A stretch of 64,000 bases of DNA from Octopus sinensis (GCF_006345805.1 NC_043020.1:13454001-13518000), one strand, 5' to 3'; counted from the stretch's first letter, positions 35,921 through 48,866 are shown. Notes: generated by a model from the letters alone, not told the origin. Numbers and translations are program-made.

Positions 35921-36418
35921 TATTTACACAACACCAGCATCAGCCACATTGCTTCCGTGAGGGCCAAATGCTCAAAAGGTGCTTTTTACATGCCACTGGC
36001 ATGGGTACCAGTTATATGACCCCAAAAATGACCACAGGTATGGTTTCACTTGGCTTGACATGGCTTCTCAAGTGTGGCATATCACGAAAGGTCTCAGTCA
36101 CTAGTCATTGCCTCCATGAGGTCCAACGTTTGAAGATCATGCTTCACCACCTCATGCCATGTCTTCCTGGGTTTCCCTCTTCCACAGCTTCCTTCTACTG
36201 GTAGAGATCGGCACTTCTTCACACAACTGTCCACATCCGCATCACATGACCGTACCAACACAGTCGTTTCTCTTGCACACCACATCTGATGCCTCTTATG
36301 CCCAGCCTTTTTCTCAAGACACCTACACTCTGTCATACATGCTCACTGACATTATACATCCAGTGAAGCATACTAGCTTCATTTCTTTCAAGCCTATGCA
36401 TGTCCTCAGCCGTGTGTA

Positions 36419-36594
36419 GACAGGATGCCAAATGCACTTTTGCCAAAGGACAAGAAGCTGAACAGACATAAAGCCAAATGGACACAATAATAAAAAAAAA
36501 AAAACTGCATGTCTTCTGCTATAGCCCCGGGCCGACCAATGCCTTGTGAGTGGATTTGGTAGATGGAAACTGAAAGAAGCCTGTCGTATATATG

Positions 36595-36629
<35 letters not shown>

Positions 36630-37020
36630 ATATGTATGTGTGTGTTTGTGTGTCTGTGTTTGTCCCCGTAGCATTGCTTGATTACCGATGCTGGTGTGTT
36701 TACGTCCCCCGTCACTTAGCTATTCGGCAAAAGAGACCGATAGAATAAGTACTGGGCTTACAAAGAATAAGTCCCGGGGTCGATTTGCTCGACTAAAGCC
36801 GGTGCTCCAGCATGGCCGCAGTCAAATGACTGAAACACATAAAAGAGTTTAATGACCGATTCAGTGTGTCAAATGGTCATATTGTAGGAATAAAACAATT
36901 TTCATATATTTTAATTTTTGTATGTCTTTTTGGCATCTTGTCTGTTTGGCTTTATGTCCATTTGGCATTGTGTCCGTTTGGCTTCTTGTCCTTTGGCAAA
37001 AGTGCATTCAACATCCTGTC
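36419..37020. mobile_element. TIR element inserted in the RTE ORF, containing an A SINE (36505-36848)
   Basis: gacaggatg..aatgcacttttgccaaaggacaagaagc inverted at both ends; subterminal gccaaaNggaca repeats; superfamily unknown. Confidence 0.8.
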
Positions 37021-37271
37021 CGTGTACCGTCCTCATCTTCAGCAGTCAGCCCATGTTTCACTGCCATGTAACATGGCTGTTCACACACAGGCATCATACA
37101 ATTTGCCTTTCACTCTGAGAGAGAGAGGCCCTTTGTTACCAACAGAGGTAGGAGCTCTCTGAACTTTGCCCAACCTATTCTTACTCTAGCAGCTATGCTC
37201 TCAGAGCATCCACCCCCTACTACTGATTTTGTATGTCTGTGTGTATGAATATGTATGTATGTATGTATGTA

Positions 37272-37574
37272 TCACCGTGACCGACCAGGCTATCAGATGT
37301 TGCTACACATCGCTGGTCACAATGCGCTTCGCATTGTTATAGCCTTCAAATGACGCCACCTCGGTGGCTAAGCGAGCAGGCCAACAGAACAAAGATTGAG
37401 AGAAAGTTGTGACGAAAGAGTACAGCAGGGATCACCACCACCTCCTGTGGGAGCCTCGTGGAGCTTTAGGTGTTTACGCTCAGTAAACACTCACAACGCC
37501 CGGTCTGGGAATCGAAACCGCAATCCTACAACTGCGAGTCTGCTGCCCTAACCACTTGGCCATTGCGCCTCCAC
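37272..37574 (-). mobile_element. SINE family E
   Basis: Matches 13374-13677. Confidence 0.9.
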
Positions 37575-37589
37575 ATGTATGTATATATG

Positions 37590-37815
37590 AACGCCATATA
37601 TGAATGCCATGTTGGATCGTTAGCCCCTACACGCAATTTTTTCTCTCCTTGTTTCTTTTCTGTGTATGTTTCTGTCGAAGAGCGTAGGCTCGAAACATAA
37701 AAGACTTGTTTTATTTCTATTCCTGAGCGCCATACTAATACATTATTTGTTTGTACTCCACCTGCCTTCGTCTTTTGTTTATTTTCGTAAACCTTCCATT
37801 ATATATATATATATA
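37590..37815 (+). mobile_element. probable Penelope pLTR remnant with a degenerate hammerhead (37668-37705)
   Basis: ctgtcgaa gagc-gtag-gctc gaaac ata aaagac: core has A6U and stem III shows CpG decay; bounded by (TA)n. Confidence 0.55.
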
Positions 37816-38831
37816 CATAAATGTTAAAAATTGCGATGCAATTAATTCATCTACTGTATTATGTGGGCAAGGGTAAAATTATTACCATAAATTAATAATA
37901 CAAAATGAGAAAATGGAGAAACATACCTTTGATTTAGGTATGTTTCTCCATTTTCTCATTTTGTAAATATATATATATATATATATATATGTAGAAACAC
38001 TGCCAGATAAGACTGGAGCCTGGTGCAGCCTCTGGCTTCCCAGATCCCCGGTCGAACCGTCCAACCCATGCTAGCATGGAGAACGGACATTAAACGATGA
38101 TGATGATGATGATGATGTCTGTGTGTGTGTTTGTGTATACACACATATATATTCTTCATTTTTATTTCTGTCACATTTCGTTTTGATATTAATTTTCTCA
38201 TTTGGTAATTTTGTATCAGCCGTGTCGTACACATTATTCAATATGTAATAACAAACACTATATTTTTCTTCACTTTAGACATTTAGATTTCAAATTGCCA
38301 ATAAAGCAATGGATATTTAAGATATAAGCCTATTATATGTCCATTATGGAAACACATGTACAGCAGTTATTTAAATAATCCTTTTAAATATGTATTATAT
38401 ATTGCCATATATTTCACCTAAACTATACATTATATATTGTTAAAAAATATGTATTGTTATACACTTGTCATCTACTGGCTATATGACTAACAGCATGGAA
38501 CTCACCAGATTACGACAGCTGTACTTTGTTCTACATTAATCATTATTCATTATTCATAGAATAAATCATTGATTTACTTCATAATATTCCATCACTGCAG
38601 ACACAGTTTGGTAATTATTATGTCAATGCTGTAAACAAGGAACAAGTGTGAGTGTATATATGGACTTAGTGAAGAAGAAGAAGCTGTTAAGTATGTAACT
38701 GGTAGATTAGATGGAGGGGTGGTGAGAGGATTCTGTTGTGTTGTAGTGGTAGATAGCTATTAATATTGTACTGATGATGACGGTGGTGGTATGATGGCAA
38801 TGGTGGTGGTGGTGGTGGTGCTGATGGTCAG

Positions 38832-39236
38832 TTTACTCTTTTGCTCTTTTACTTGTTTCAGTCATTTGATTGCGGCCATGCTGGAGCACCACCTTTAGTC
38901 GAGCAAATCAACCCCAGGACTTATTCTTTGTAAGCCTAGTACTTATTCTATCGGTCTCTTTTGCCGAACCGCTAAGTTACGGGGACGTAAACACACCACC
39001 ATCGGTTGTCAAGCGATGTTGGGGGAACAAACACAGACACACAACATATATATATATATATATACATATATACGACAGGCTTCTTTCAGTTTCTGCCTAC
39101 CAAATCCACTCACAAGGCTTTGGTCGGCCCGAGGCTATAGCAGAAGACACTTGCCCAAGATGCCACGCAGTGGGACTGAACCCGGAACCATGTGGTTGGT
39201 TAGCATGCTACTTACCACACAGCCACTCCAGCACCT
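38832..39236 (-). mobile_element. SINE family A, full length
   Basis: Consensus match. Confidence 0.92.
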
Positions 39237-39299
39237 AAATGAAATACAAAATGGCAGCCTGGATGAAGAGAGAAGGAGACCAGTGGCAAACATGTTTAG

Positions 39300-39521
39300 C
39301 CCTTTAGTGTTCGCATTATTCTGCCAAAATTAATGCTTCTTCGTCCACATTGTTTTGAACTAATCATGCATTATCTTGTAGCTATGAGATTTTGATGAGG
39401 TAGCTATTAATTTTTAAAACAATATTGTAGGATTGGTCTGAGAGACCAGATCTGGCCAGTTTGAACATAAAAAAAGGCAGAATACTTTTGGCAGGATATG
39501 GCCGGTTTAAATGCTAAAGGG
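39300..39521. mobile_element. piggyBac MITE (same family as 4280-4500) with TTAG flanks
   Basis: ttag at 39296-39299 and 39522-39525. Confidence 0.9.
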
Positions 39522-40483
39522 TTAGGGCAGCTTCCTCTTCTCTCTTATTATTAGAAATGAATGACTAGGGAAGAATAAAAATCGAGAGTCTGAATGGTGG
39601 AATTGTGATTCGATGTTTTCTCAATAAAAACAGTTTTTAGAAATATGTTTCATTGTGTTTGTGATATATTCCAAAATGGTGGAGGCCTTGTTACCAAACT
39701 CCGCTGCCAGTTGTTGATATTTCCTCTATAAACAACTTATTGTATAACATGACAGCCTGGCAATTGCAATTGTGCTCGTTTCTTTGGTAATGATGTCAAT
39801 TAGCGACAGCTCTTATTGATTTGGAATCATTTGTAATTAAAACTGTTTCCTTTAAGCGGGATTCCAATAGACGCAGGGTATTATTTCACAAGAGAGGGAG
39901 ACGCAAACAGAGAAATATTCCAGTGTTGCTGATTGAGGAAGTCATGGCTTGAACTTGACAATTTCAGCGTTGTTCAAACACAATAATTACTGGTTGGAAA
40001 TATGGTTAGGAAAGAATATTTTCTGTCTAAAGGAAACTCGAATTCTTTGATGTTATGTAATGTCTGTGGCATCCTGTATGACTTTGATGTAATATCTCTG
40101 GCTTCCTGTACAAGTTTTCTTCCTAAACGACTGTCTTGATATTCTCCTCACCCCCATCTTTCTCTCGCCCTTGTATTTACAACATTCATTATTTCAAACC
40201 CAGTCAATTTCTTCTTCTTTCTCTCCCTCCTTCCATCCCCTTGTCTGCAGTCAGGTCATATGCTATACCATCAGCTCCCTAGCACAAACATATCCAGTCT
40301 CACAAACAAATAACAACAATATGTGCCAGCATTTACCAATCCCTTCTCTTCATCTGATCGGTTTCTCCTTTGTCCATCCAATTAATTTTTAATTGGTTTC
40401 ATTATGGATGGTGTTCAAAGATTCTTCTTGACATTTGGTTCAATCCTTTGAACTTCTGGGATTCAACAGATAATGTCACGTAC

Positions 40484-40543
40484 CTTCCTTCTGGCAAGAG
40501 TTTGTAACAAAATCTTCCCAGTCACTCCAGTATTTATTAAGGA
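40484..40543 (-). CDS. candidate 60-nt internal exon of an unidentified gene (LNKYWSDWEDFVTNSCQKE)
   Basis: Acceptor ctgtatttgtag, donor aag|gtacgt, symmetric phase 1-1, open frame. No recognised homology; could be chance. Confidence 0.28.
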
Positions 40544-40565
40544 CTACAAATACAGTTGATATAGT

Positions 40566-40728
40566 GAAGGCGCATGGCTCAGTGGTTAGAGCGTCGAGCT
40601 TACGATCGTGAGGTTGTGAGTTTGAATCTCGGACTGGGCTGCTTGTTGTGGGTCACCATCATGGGTGCTTTTCACGTTCCTCCAGTTCACTCAGCTGTAG
40701 AAATGAGTTGCAACGTCACAGGTGCCAA
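40566..40728 (+). mobile_element. SINE family F head and body (rearranged)
   Basis: tRNA-like head; gttcactcagctgtagaaatgagttg shared with 47108-47319 and the F part of 8119-8330. Confidence 0.8.
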
Positions 40729-40794
40729 TTTGAACTCAGAACGTAAAGATGGATGAAATGCTGTTAAGCATTTTGCCCAATGCAGTAGTAATAA

Positions 40795-41790
40795 AAAAAA
40801 TAAATAATAATAATAATAATAATAACAATAACAATAACAGTAATAATAATAACAACAATAATAATAATAACAACAATAATAACAACAACAACATCAACAA
40901 TAATATAATAATAATAACAACAACAATAATAACAACAACAACAGTAATAATAATACCAACAACAACAACAATAATAATAATAATACCAACAACAACAATA
41001 ATAATAATAATACCAACAACAACAATAATAATAATAATAACAACAACAATAATAACAACAACAACAACAATAATAATAACAATAATAATAACAACAACAA
41101 TAATAATAATAACAATAATAACAACAACAATATAATAATAATAACAATAATAACACAACAATAATAATAAAACAATAATAACAACAACAATATAATAATA
41201 ACAACAATAACAACAACAACAACAATAAAATAACAATAATAATAACAACACAATAATAATACAATAATAACAACAACAACAACAATAATAATAACCAACA
41301 ACAACAATAATAACAACAATAATAATAACAACAATAATAATAACAACAACAATAATAATAATAACAATAATAATAACAACAACAATAATAATAATAACAA
41401 TAATAATAACAACAACAATAATAATAATAACAATAATAACAACAACAATAATAATAATAACAACAATAACAACAACAACAACAATAATAATAACAATAAT
41501 AATAACAACAACAATAATAATAATAACAATAATAATAACAACAACAATAATAATAACAACAATAACAACAACAACAATAATAATAATAACAACAGCAATG
41601 ATAATAACAATAATAATAACAACAACAACAATAATAATAACAATAATAATAACAACAACAATAATAATAATAACAATAATAATAACAACAACAACAATAA
41701 TAATAACAATAATAATAACAACAACAATAATAATAATAACAATAATAATAACAACAACAACAATAATAATAATAATAATGATAATAATTG
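40795..41790. repeat. (AAC/AAT)n microsatellite, ~1 kb
   Basis: Direct reading; source of the poly-Leu ORF. Confidence 0.97.
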
Positions 41791-42171
41791 CTTCTAATAT
41801 TTTGTAAAATTGTTTGTGATGATGATTATGGTATCAATGAAAGCATCGAAATGCATAAGCTCCCACCCAAACCGTCCAATTCTTGATAGATATTCTTCTG
41901 GCAGTGCCATTTCCTTCCTTTACGTTTCTCCAAGAAATCAACCAAAACCATCAACAAGAGATGTTGAGATGATAATGGCTGTCAGAATTCCCAAAAAAAT
42001 AGATCCAGTTTCTATAAAATAGCTCAAACTTGGTGATTTAGGAGTTCCAATATAGAACTATCCAACAAGATTTCAATAATAACAACAACAGCAACAACAT
42101 TTTTTTCAGAACAGAAAAATACACTGTGATATCAAATGTAATTTTGAGACAACAGTTTTGTTTTTTAAAAA

Positions 42172-42207
<36 letters not shown>

Positions 42208-42213
42208 TATATA

Positions 42214-42621
42214 GGTGCAGGAGTGGCTGTGTGGTAAGTAGCTTGCTTACGAACCACATGCTTCTGGGTTCAGTCCCACTGCGTGGTACCTTGGGCAAGT
42301 GTCTTCTATTATAGCCTCGGGCTGACCAAAGCCTTGTGAGTGGATTTGGTAGATGGAAACTGAAAGAAGCCCGTCGTATATATATATATGTGTGTGTGTG
42401 TGTGCATGTGTGTACATTTGTGTATCTGTGTTTGTTCCCCCAACATCGCTTGAAAGCTGATGCTGGTGTGTTTACGTCCCTGTAACTTAGCGGTTCGGCA
42501 AAAGAGAACCGATAGAATAAGTACTAGGCTTACAAAGAATAAATCCTGGGGTCAATTTACTCGACTAAAGGTGGTGCTCCAGCATGGCCACAGTCAAATG
42601 ATTGAAACAAGTAAAAGAGTA
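42214..42621 (+). mobile_element. SINE family A
   Basis: Consensus match. Confidence 0.92.
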
Positions 42622-42887
42622 ATCTGTCAAAGTTTACATTGTGTTGCTTTATGTTAAAAACATTAAATGGAAGTGAAATGGTCTGAAGTAGCCTACATTT
42701 GTTTCAATATACACTCAGTAGATGTGGGACTACACATCCTCTCTGCTGCATGTATCAGCTGCTACTACAACTACTTATACCACTACCAACTCCACTACTA
42801 TTACTAGGTAATTGTTGTAGTATGACAACTACAGCTACTACTATCGCTACTACCACTACAGTTACCCACCCTCTTTCCACTTTATGT

Positions 42888-43191
42888 TTTGTTTGTTCCT
42901 TCTTGAGCCATGCCTGGCTTATAAGGGCCGGTTTCCCGGTTTCCTTGGGGTATAAGTTCCCCACTAGGACAGGACGCCGGCTCGTCGCGGGTGAGATGCA
43001 AGATGCAGGAGGAAAGAATGAGAGAAAGTTGTGGCGAAAGAGTCAGCAGAAGTTCGCCATTACCTTCTGCCGGAGCTGCGTGGAGCTTAAATGTTTCACT
43101 CATAAACACACACATTGCCCGGTCTGAGATTTGAACCCACGATCCCTCGACCGCGAGTCCGCTGCTGTAACCACTAGGCCATGTGCCTCCA
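42888..43191 (-). mobile_element. SINE family C2
   Basis: Reverse complement of 17384-17690. Confidence 0.88.
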
Positions 43192-43217
43192 CTCCCCACT
43201 TTATAGTAGTCTTTAAA

Positions 43218-43430
43218 AGGTGGCGAGCTAGCAGAAACGTTAGCACACCGTGCGAAATGCATAGCTGTATTTCGTCTCCCGCTGTGTTCTAAGTTCAAAT
43301 TCCGTCGAGGTCGACTTTGCCTTTCATCCTTTCGGGGTCGATAAATTAAGTACCATTTACGCACTGGGGTCGATGAAATCAACTTGCCCCCTCTCCTGAA
43401 ATTGCTGGCTTTGTGCCAAAATTTGAAACC
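43218..43430 (+). mobile_element. SINE family B2
   Basis: B head and body plus the tail aattgctggctttgtgccaaaatttgaaacc. Confidence 0.9.
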
Positions 43431-43829
43431 TATAGTAGTCTTTAAGTCTTTGTACATCAGATATTTCAAAAGCTTCCAGTAATCTCAGTTTCCTTATTTA
43501 CCATTCCATCTTGAACACTGACCACCACCACCACCACCACCACCACTACTACTTCTATTACTTATAGGATAAAGTAGGGGTGGGGTAGTGGTGACGGGGA
43601 TTTCAGTCAATGATCCTGAGTCAAATTAGCAGATAATTTTACTCCAAGAAAACTGAGAACTGTTTGGATTAAAAGTGGAAACTGGAATAGCCCCCACCTC
43701 ATTTCTTTTCCTCACTCTCTCTCTTTCTTACTCTCTCTTTTAACCCCCCTCTTTCTCCAGTCTACTCATAACACACTCTCTGTCTCCAGTCTATACCCTC
43801 ACTCTCTTTCTCTCTCTCTCTACACGCAC

Positions 43830-44108
43830 ATAAAGTACCCATATAAGCATGCAAAGATCCAACCATGGAATGACACTGAGGTATACACAGGCACATACAC
43901 ACACTCAAAGTACCCATATAAGCAGGCAAAGATCTAACCATGTAATGATGCTGAGGTATACACAGGCACTTAATACACACACACTCTCTTTCTCTCTCTT
44001 TCCAGTCTACACCCTCACCCCCTCTCTCTCTCTACATACACACACAAAGTACCCATATAAACATGCATAGATCAAACCATGGAATGACACTGAGGTATAC
44101 ACAGGCAC

Positions 44109-44152
<44 letters not shown>

Positions 44153-44323
44153 CACACACACAACTACACACACTCTCTTTCTCTCTCTCCCTCCAGTCTA
44201 CACCTTCACCCTCTCTCTTTCTCTATACACACACACACAAAGTACCCATATAAGCATGCAAAGCTCCAACCATGGAATGAGACTGAGGTATACACAGGCA
44301 CTTACACACACACACACACACCA

Positions 44324-44354
<31 letters not shown>

Positions 44355-44380
44355 CACAACTACACACTCTCTTTCTCTCT
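43830..44380. repeat. 4-unit minisatellite with variable CA/CT tracts
   Basis: aaagtacccatataa...tgaggtatacacaggcac at about 43832, 43907, 44046 and 44238. Confidence 0.92.
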
Positions 44381-45103
44381 CCCTCACCTTTTCTTTTTCT
44401 CTCTCTCTCTCTCATTGACAGAATTGTCAGAAGAAAGTACCTTACAGTATTTGTTCCAACTATTTTTGGGTTCTCAATTGCAATCCAGTCAAGGTCAACT
44501 TTTTCCAGGTCAATAAAACAGAATACCAGTCATGTATTGGAATTCATGTTATCAACTTGCCCTTCCCCTCAAAATTGCTAGCCTCGTGCCTAAATTAGAA
44601 AGGATTCTCAGGATAACAGACAAACTGTTTCGCAGGGTAAAGTTGCATCCGTTTGTATTCTATAAGTCCCAGAAGTTGATAAAAAAAAAGGAGGACCAAC
44701 CAAGTACTGTGGTTATATCATTTATTTTACCCTCCCCTCATAATTTATGTTTGGATTATCATTACCTTCCTCCTCCACCTCATCATCATCGTCATCATCA
44801 TTATCATTGGCAGTTTCTATCTAGTTGTTTATCTTGCTAGAAACAACAGCCAAATCTCTTGTAAATTGCATCTTGTTGCCTTTAAGATTGAGGGATTCAT
44901 TGGACATGCATAGAGTAAAGGTGGGGTTGTTCACGAGTGGAACTCATTTGATTGTAAATCTGGTTGATCAAAGCTGACCTAGGGCTAAACATAATCATCA
45001 TCATCATTATTTTTGCATGTCTTTCCTACAAATCTTTATTACATCTGAATAAATCCACCTTGGAGTACTCTGTAATTCTTGGTGTGTAATGGAATGCCAA
45101 TAA

Positions 45104-45134
<31 letters not shown>

Positions 45135-45702
45135 TTGATATTGGTTCTGGAATTACTCTGCTTTCCTAACAGTGGCGATCCTACGCCTCCTCCTCCTCCT
45201 CTCCCACCATCATCACTGCCGCTGTTCTGTCTGTAATTGCTGCTGCAAATATTACAAGAATTGTTACTATGGTTACCAACCAATAACTCTGGCTGTGATT
45301 TCTTATTGATATTTATGTCATAAAGAAAAATATATAGAACAATGGACTGTGGGGGGAATGGGGATGGTGGAAGTAGATGACGGAGGGAACCGGGGGGGGG
45401 GGATAAGTGGGTGGTTTGTTGGTGGGGTGGGGTGGGTAGAATTTTTCAAGTTTTATTACCAGAAATTCAGGATTTGGAGTCTGTCTTTGATGTGGGGTGG
45501 GAAGGGATCAGTTAGTTTTATTAGAATAAAATATTAACATATTTACATATGTGTTTGTGAGAGTGAGAGAGAGAGAGAGAGAGAGATGAAAAGGTGGTAT
45601 AGAGTTAGTGGCTTTATATAACTTGTGTGCTAGGAATGGTGGCCAACATCTTTGTGGACCACCTTTGTGGACCATTTACAGGCTGGTGGTATTCATGGAT
45701 AT

Positions 45703-45937
45703 AGGCGGCGAGCTGGCAGAAACGTTAGCACGCCGGGTGAAATGCTTAGCGGTATTTCGTCTGTCGTTACGTTCTGAGTTCAAATTCCACCGAGGTCGAC
45801 TTTGCCTTTCATCCTTTCGGGGTCGATAAATTAAGTACCAGTTACGCACTGGGGTCGATATAATCGACTTAATACCTATGTCTGTCCTTGTTTGTTCCCT
45901 CTATGTTTAGCCCCTTGTGGGTAATAAAGAAACAGGT
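45703..45937 (+). mobile_element. SINE family B1 monomer
   Basis: Consensus match; ends aaagaaacaggtatt. Confidence 0.92.
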
Positions 45938-46114
45938 ATTCATGGATATTGAAATTGCGACAGGGGGTACTTTCTTCACTTCAGCCCTTCATTGTCTGTG
46001 GAGCTCAGACCATTGGCAACATTTTCCCATTGTTCTTGGTTTCCAGCTTGGGTCTCTTTTAAGACCTTCCTATCCCAAATTCTTGTTGCTTTTGAAATGT
46101 CATCAATATTTCTG

Positions 46115-46260
46115 TCATCATCGTTTAGCATCGACTTTCAATGCTGGCATGAGTTAGACGGTTTCACTGGAGCTGGTAAGCCGGAGAGCTGTACTAGGTT
46201 CTAATCTGATTTTGGTTTGGTTTCTGCAGCTGGATGCCCTTCCTAATGCCAACCACTCCA
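46115..46260 (-). mobile_element. degenerate RTE/D tail running into a minisatellite
   Basis: gctggatgcccttcctaatgccaaccactcc motif. Confidence 0.8.
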
Positions 46261-46825
46261 AGGGTGCCTTTTACGTGTTACCATCACAGGTGCCTTTTAC
46301 GTGTCACCATCACAGGTGCCTTTTACGTGTTACCGTCATGGGTGCCTTTTACGTGTCACTGTCATGGGTACCTTTTATGTGTCACCATCACAGATGCCTT
46401 TTGTGTGTCACCATATGGGTGCCTTTTACATGTCACCATCATGGGTACCTTTTATGTGTCACCATCACAGGTGCCTTTTAGGTATCACTGTCATGGGTGC
46501 CTTTTATGTGTCACCATCATGGGTGCCTTTTATGTGTCACCATCACAGGTGCCATTTACGTGTCACCATCACAGGTGCCTTTTATGTGTCACCATCACAG
46601 GTGCCTTTTACATGTCACCATCACAAGTGCCTTTTACATGTCACCACCACAGGTGCCGTTTACGTGTCACTATCACAGATGACTTTTACGTGCCACCATC
46701 ATGTGTGCCTTATATATGTCACCATCATGGGTGCCTTTTACGTGTCACCATCACAGGTGCCTTTTATGTGTCACTGTCACAGGTGCCTTTTAGGTGTCAC
46801 TGAAAAGGGTACCTTTTACATGTCA
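46261..46825. repeat. 26-bp minisatellite (ggtgccttttacgtgtcaccatcaca), about 21 units
   Basis: Direct reading; the unit matches the D motif gggtgctttttacgtgccaccggcac. Confidence 0.93.
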
Positions 46826-47107
46826 CTATTACTGTTTATGTTTACTGTCACTATTACCTGCTTATGTTCAGGCTGGCCAGACCTGGCCTCTCACACCTAC
46901 CCTACAATGGCATTCTAATAATAAACAATGACTGGCGGTGCCCCAGCATGGCCACAGCCTTAGGGCTGAAACATATAAAAGAATGAAAGAGTAACCATAT
47001 CATCAAAATCTTGAAATTGTGAAATAATCCTTTCTACAATAGATACAAGGTCTGAAATTTGTGGGGCGAGGGGCCAAGTCAATTACATCCACCTCTGTAA
47101 GAGTAAA

Positions 47108-47319
47108 GACCCCCTTCGGTCATGAATGACCATGGGATTGCACCTAGAAAGTTACCCTCCTAGACACAAGTCCGGGCAAGGTTGTTTATGGAAGACCAGC
47201 AGTCGCCCATGCATACCAGCCTCCCTTCTCCACGCCACCAGTGTTATCCAAGGGAAAGACAAAGGTCGATACAGCTTGGCACCAGTGACGTCGCAACTCA
47301 TTTCTACAGCTGAGTGAAC
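47108..47319 (-). mobile_element. 5'-truncated SINE family F inside a reverse B2 SINE
   Basis: Tail gtgcaatcccatggtcattcatgaccgaagggggtc. Confidence 0.85.
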
Positions 47320-48257
47320 CTGTACTCAGCTGGTATTTACTTATTTCATCGACCCTAAAAGGATGAAAGGCAAAGTCGACCTTGGTGGAATTTGAACTCA
47401 GAACACAAAGGTGGACAAAATGCTGCTAAGCATTTTGCCCAGCATGCTAATGACTCTGCCAGCTCCCAATCTTAAAAAAACCAATGAAATAATTCATGAT
47501 TAATCCAAAACATGAATAAATAAGCATTAAATTTGACAGGTTAATCTTAATGCTAAGAGGTTAATTTAACTTGGGCAGTCCTTACTATAAATTACAATGG
47601 AAGGTTTTAATTGAAGTGGAACCATTAAAACATATAAAAGCATTTTTTTTAACAGAGAACCAGAAGTGATCATCTCAAGAGGGCTGGCATTACAATGGTG
47701 GTGGTCCCAGGAGAATTTGTATCAGGAAAACAGAAGTGGTGGTCTCAATGGGATTGGTTTCACAGAACCAGGGATGATGATGGTCTGAGAGAGATAAGTT
47801 GCAGAGAATCAGGAGTGGTGTTCTCAGATGGATTAGTTCCACAGGACCAGAGATGAGGATGGTTTTAAAGAGAGAGAGAGACGAGTCGTAAGGAATCAGT
47901 GGTGGTGGTCTCAAGTGGAATGGTATTCAGACTGACCATTTTAGCTTGACCAGTTTTAGCTGATTCAGTTATTTTTCCTAATTGACCGACTGACCACATT
48001 TATCAGCTGAGATCCGTTATTGGAATTCCCAGAGCAAAACATTGGGTGAGGGTAATGGTGGTGTTGGTATTGGTGTTGTTGTTGTTGTCGGTGGGGATGG
48101 TAGTTGTGGCGCCACTGGTACTATTGCTGCTTTTTTTTTATGTTCTTTTGACTTAGTATTTCTAACAATTGTTGCTGCCATCTTTCCCCACCTCTTACAC
48201 TTGATATTATTGATTCCATTGACCATCCCCCACCCAACCCTCTATTTTACTCTTTGC

Positions 48258-48282
48258 ATATGCATATATATATATGTGTATG

Positions 48283-48333
<51 letters not shown>

Positions 48334-48833
48334 TGTGTATATATATTATATATATATATATTTGTATATATTATATATATATTTGTATATATTATATATA
48401 TATTTATATATGTATATATATATATTTATATATATGCCTGTATATATATATATGTGCATATATATATGTGCATGTGTATATATATATATGTGCATATACA
48501 TATATGTATATATGTGTTTATATATATGTGCATATATATGTCTATATATATGTGTATGTATATATATATATGTGCATATATATATATGTATATGTGTTTA
48601 TATGTATGTGCATATATATGTCTATATATATATGTGTATATATATATATATGTGTATATATATATATGTGCATATATATATATGTGTATGTATTTATATA
48701 TGTATATATATATGTATATATGTGTATATGTATATATATATATGTGTATATATGTGTGTGTGTATATATATATATATATGTATAAATATATATATATGTG
48801 TGTATGTATATATATGTATGTATATATATTGTG

Positions 48834-48866
<33 letters not shown>

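Larger units (their letters stand above)
35321..37215 (-). mobile_element. RTE-clade LINE 3' portion (RT C-terminus, 3'UTR, D tail) with nested insertions
   Basis: ARVRIGWAKFRELLPLLVTKGLSLRVKGKLYDACV*TAMLHGSETW (37040-37200) and MHRLERNEASML..RLCWYGHVMRM..GRGKPRKTWHEVVK (36050-36400); ends in the D tail and (GAT)n. Confidence 0.92.
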
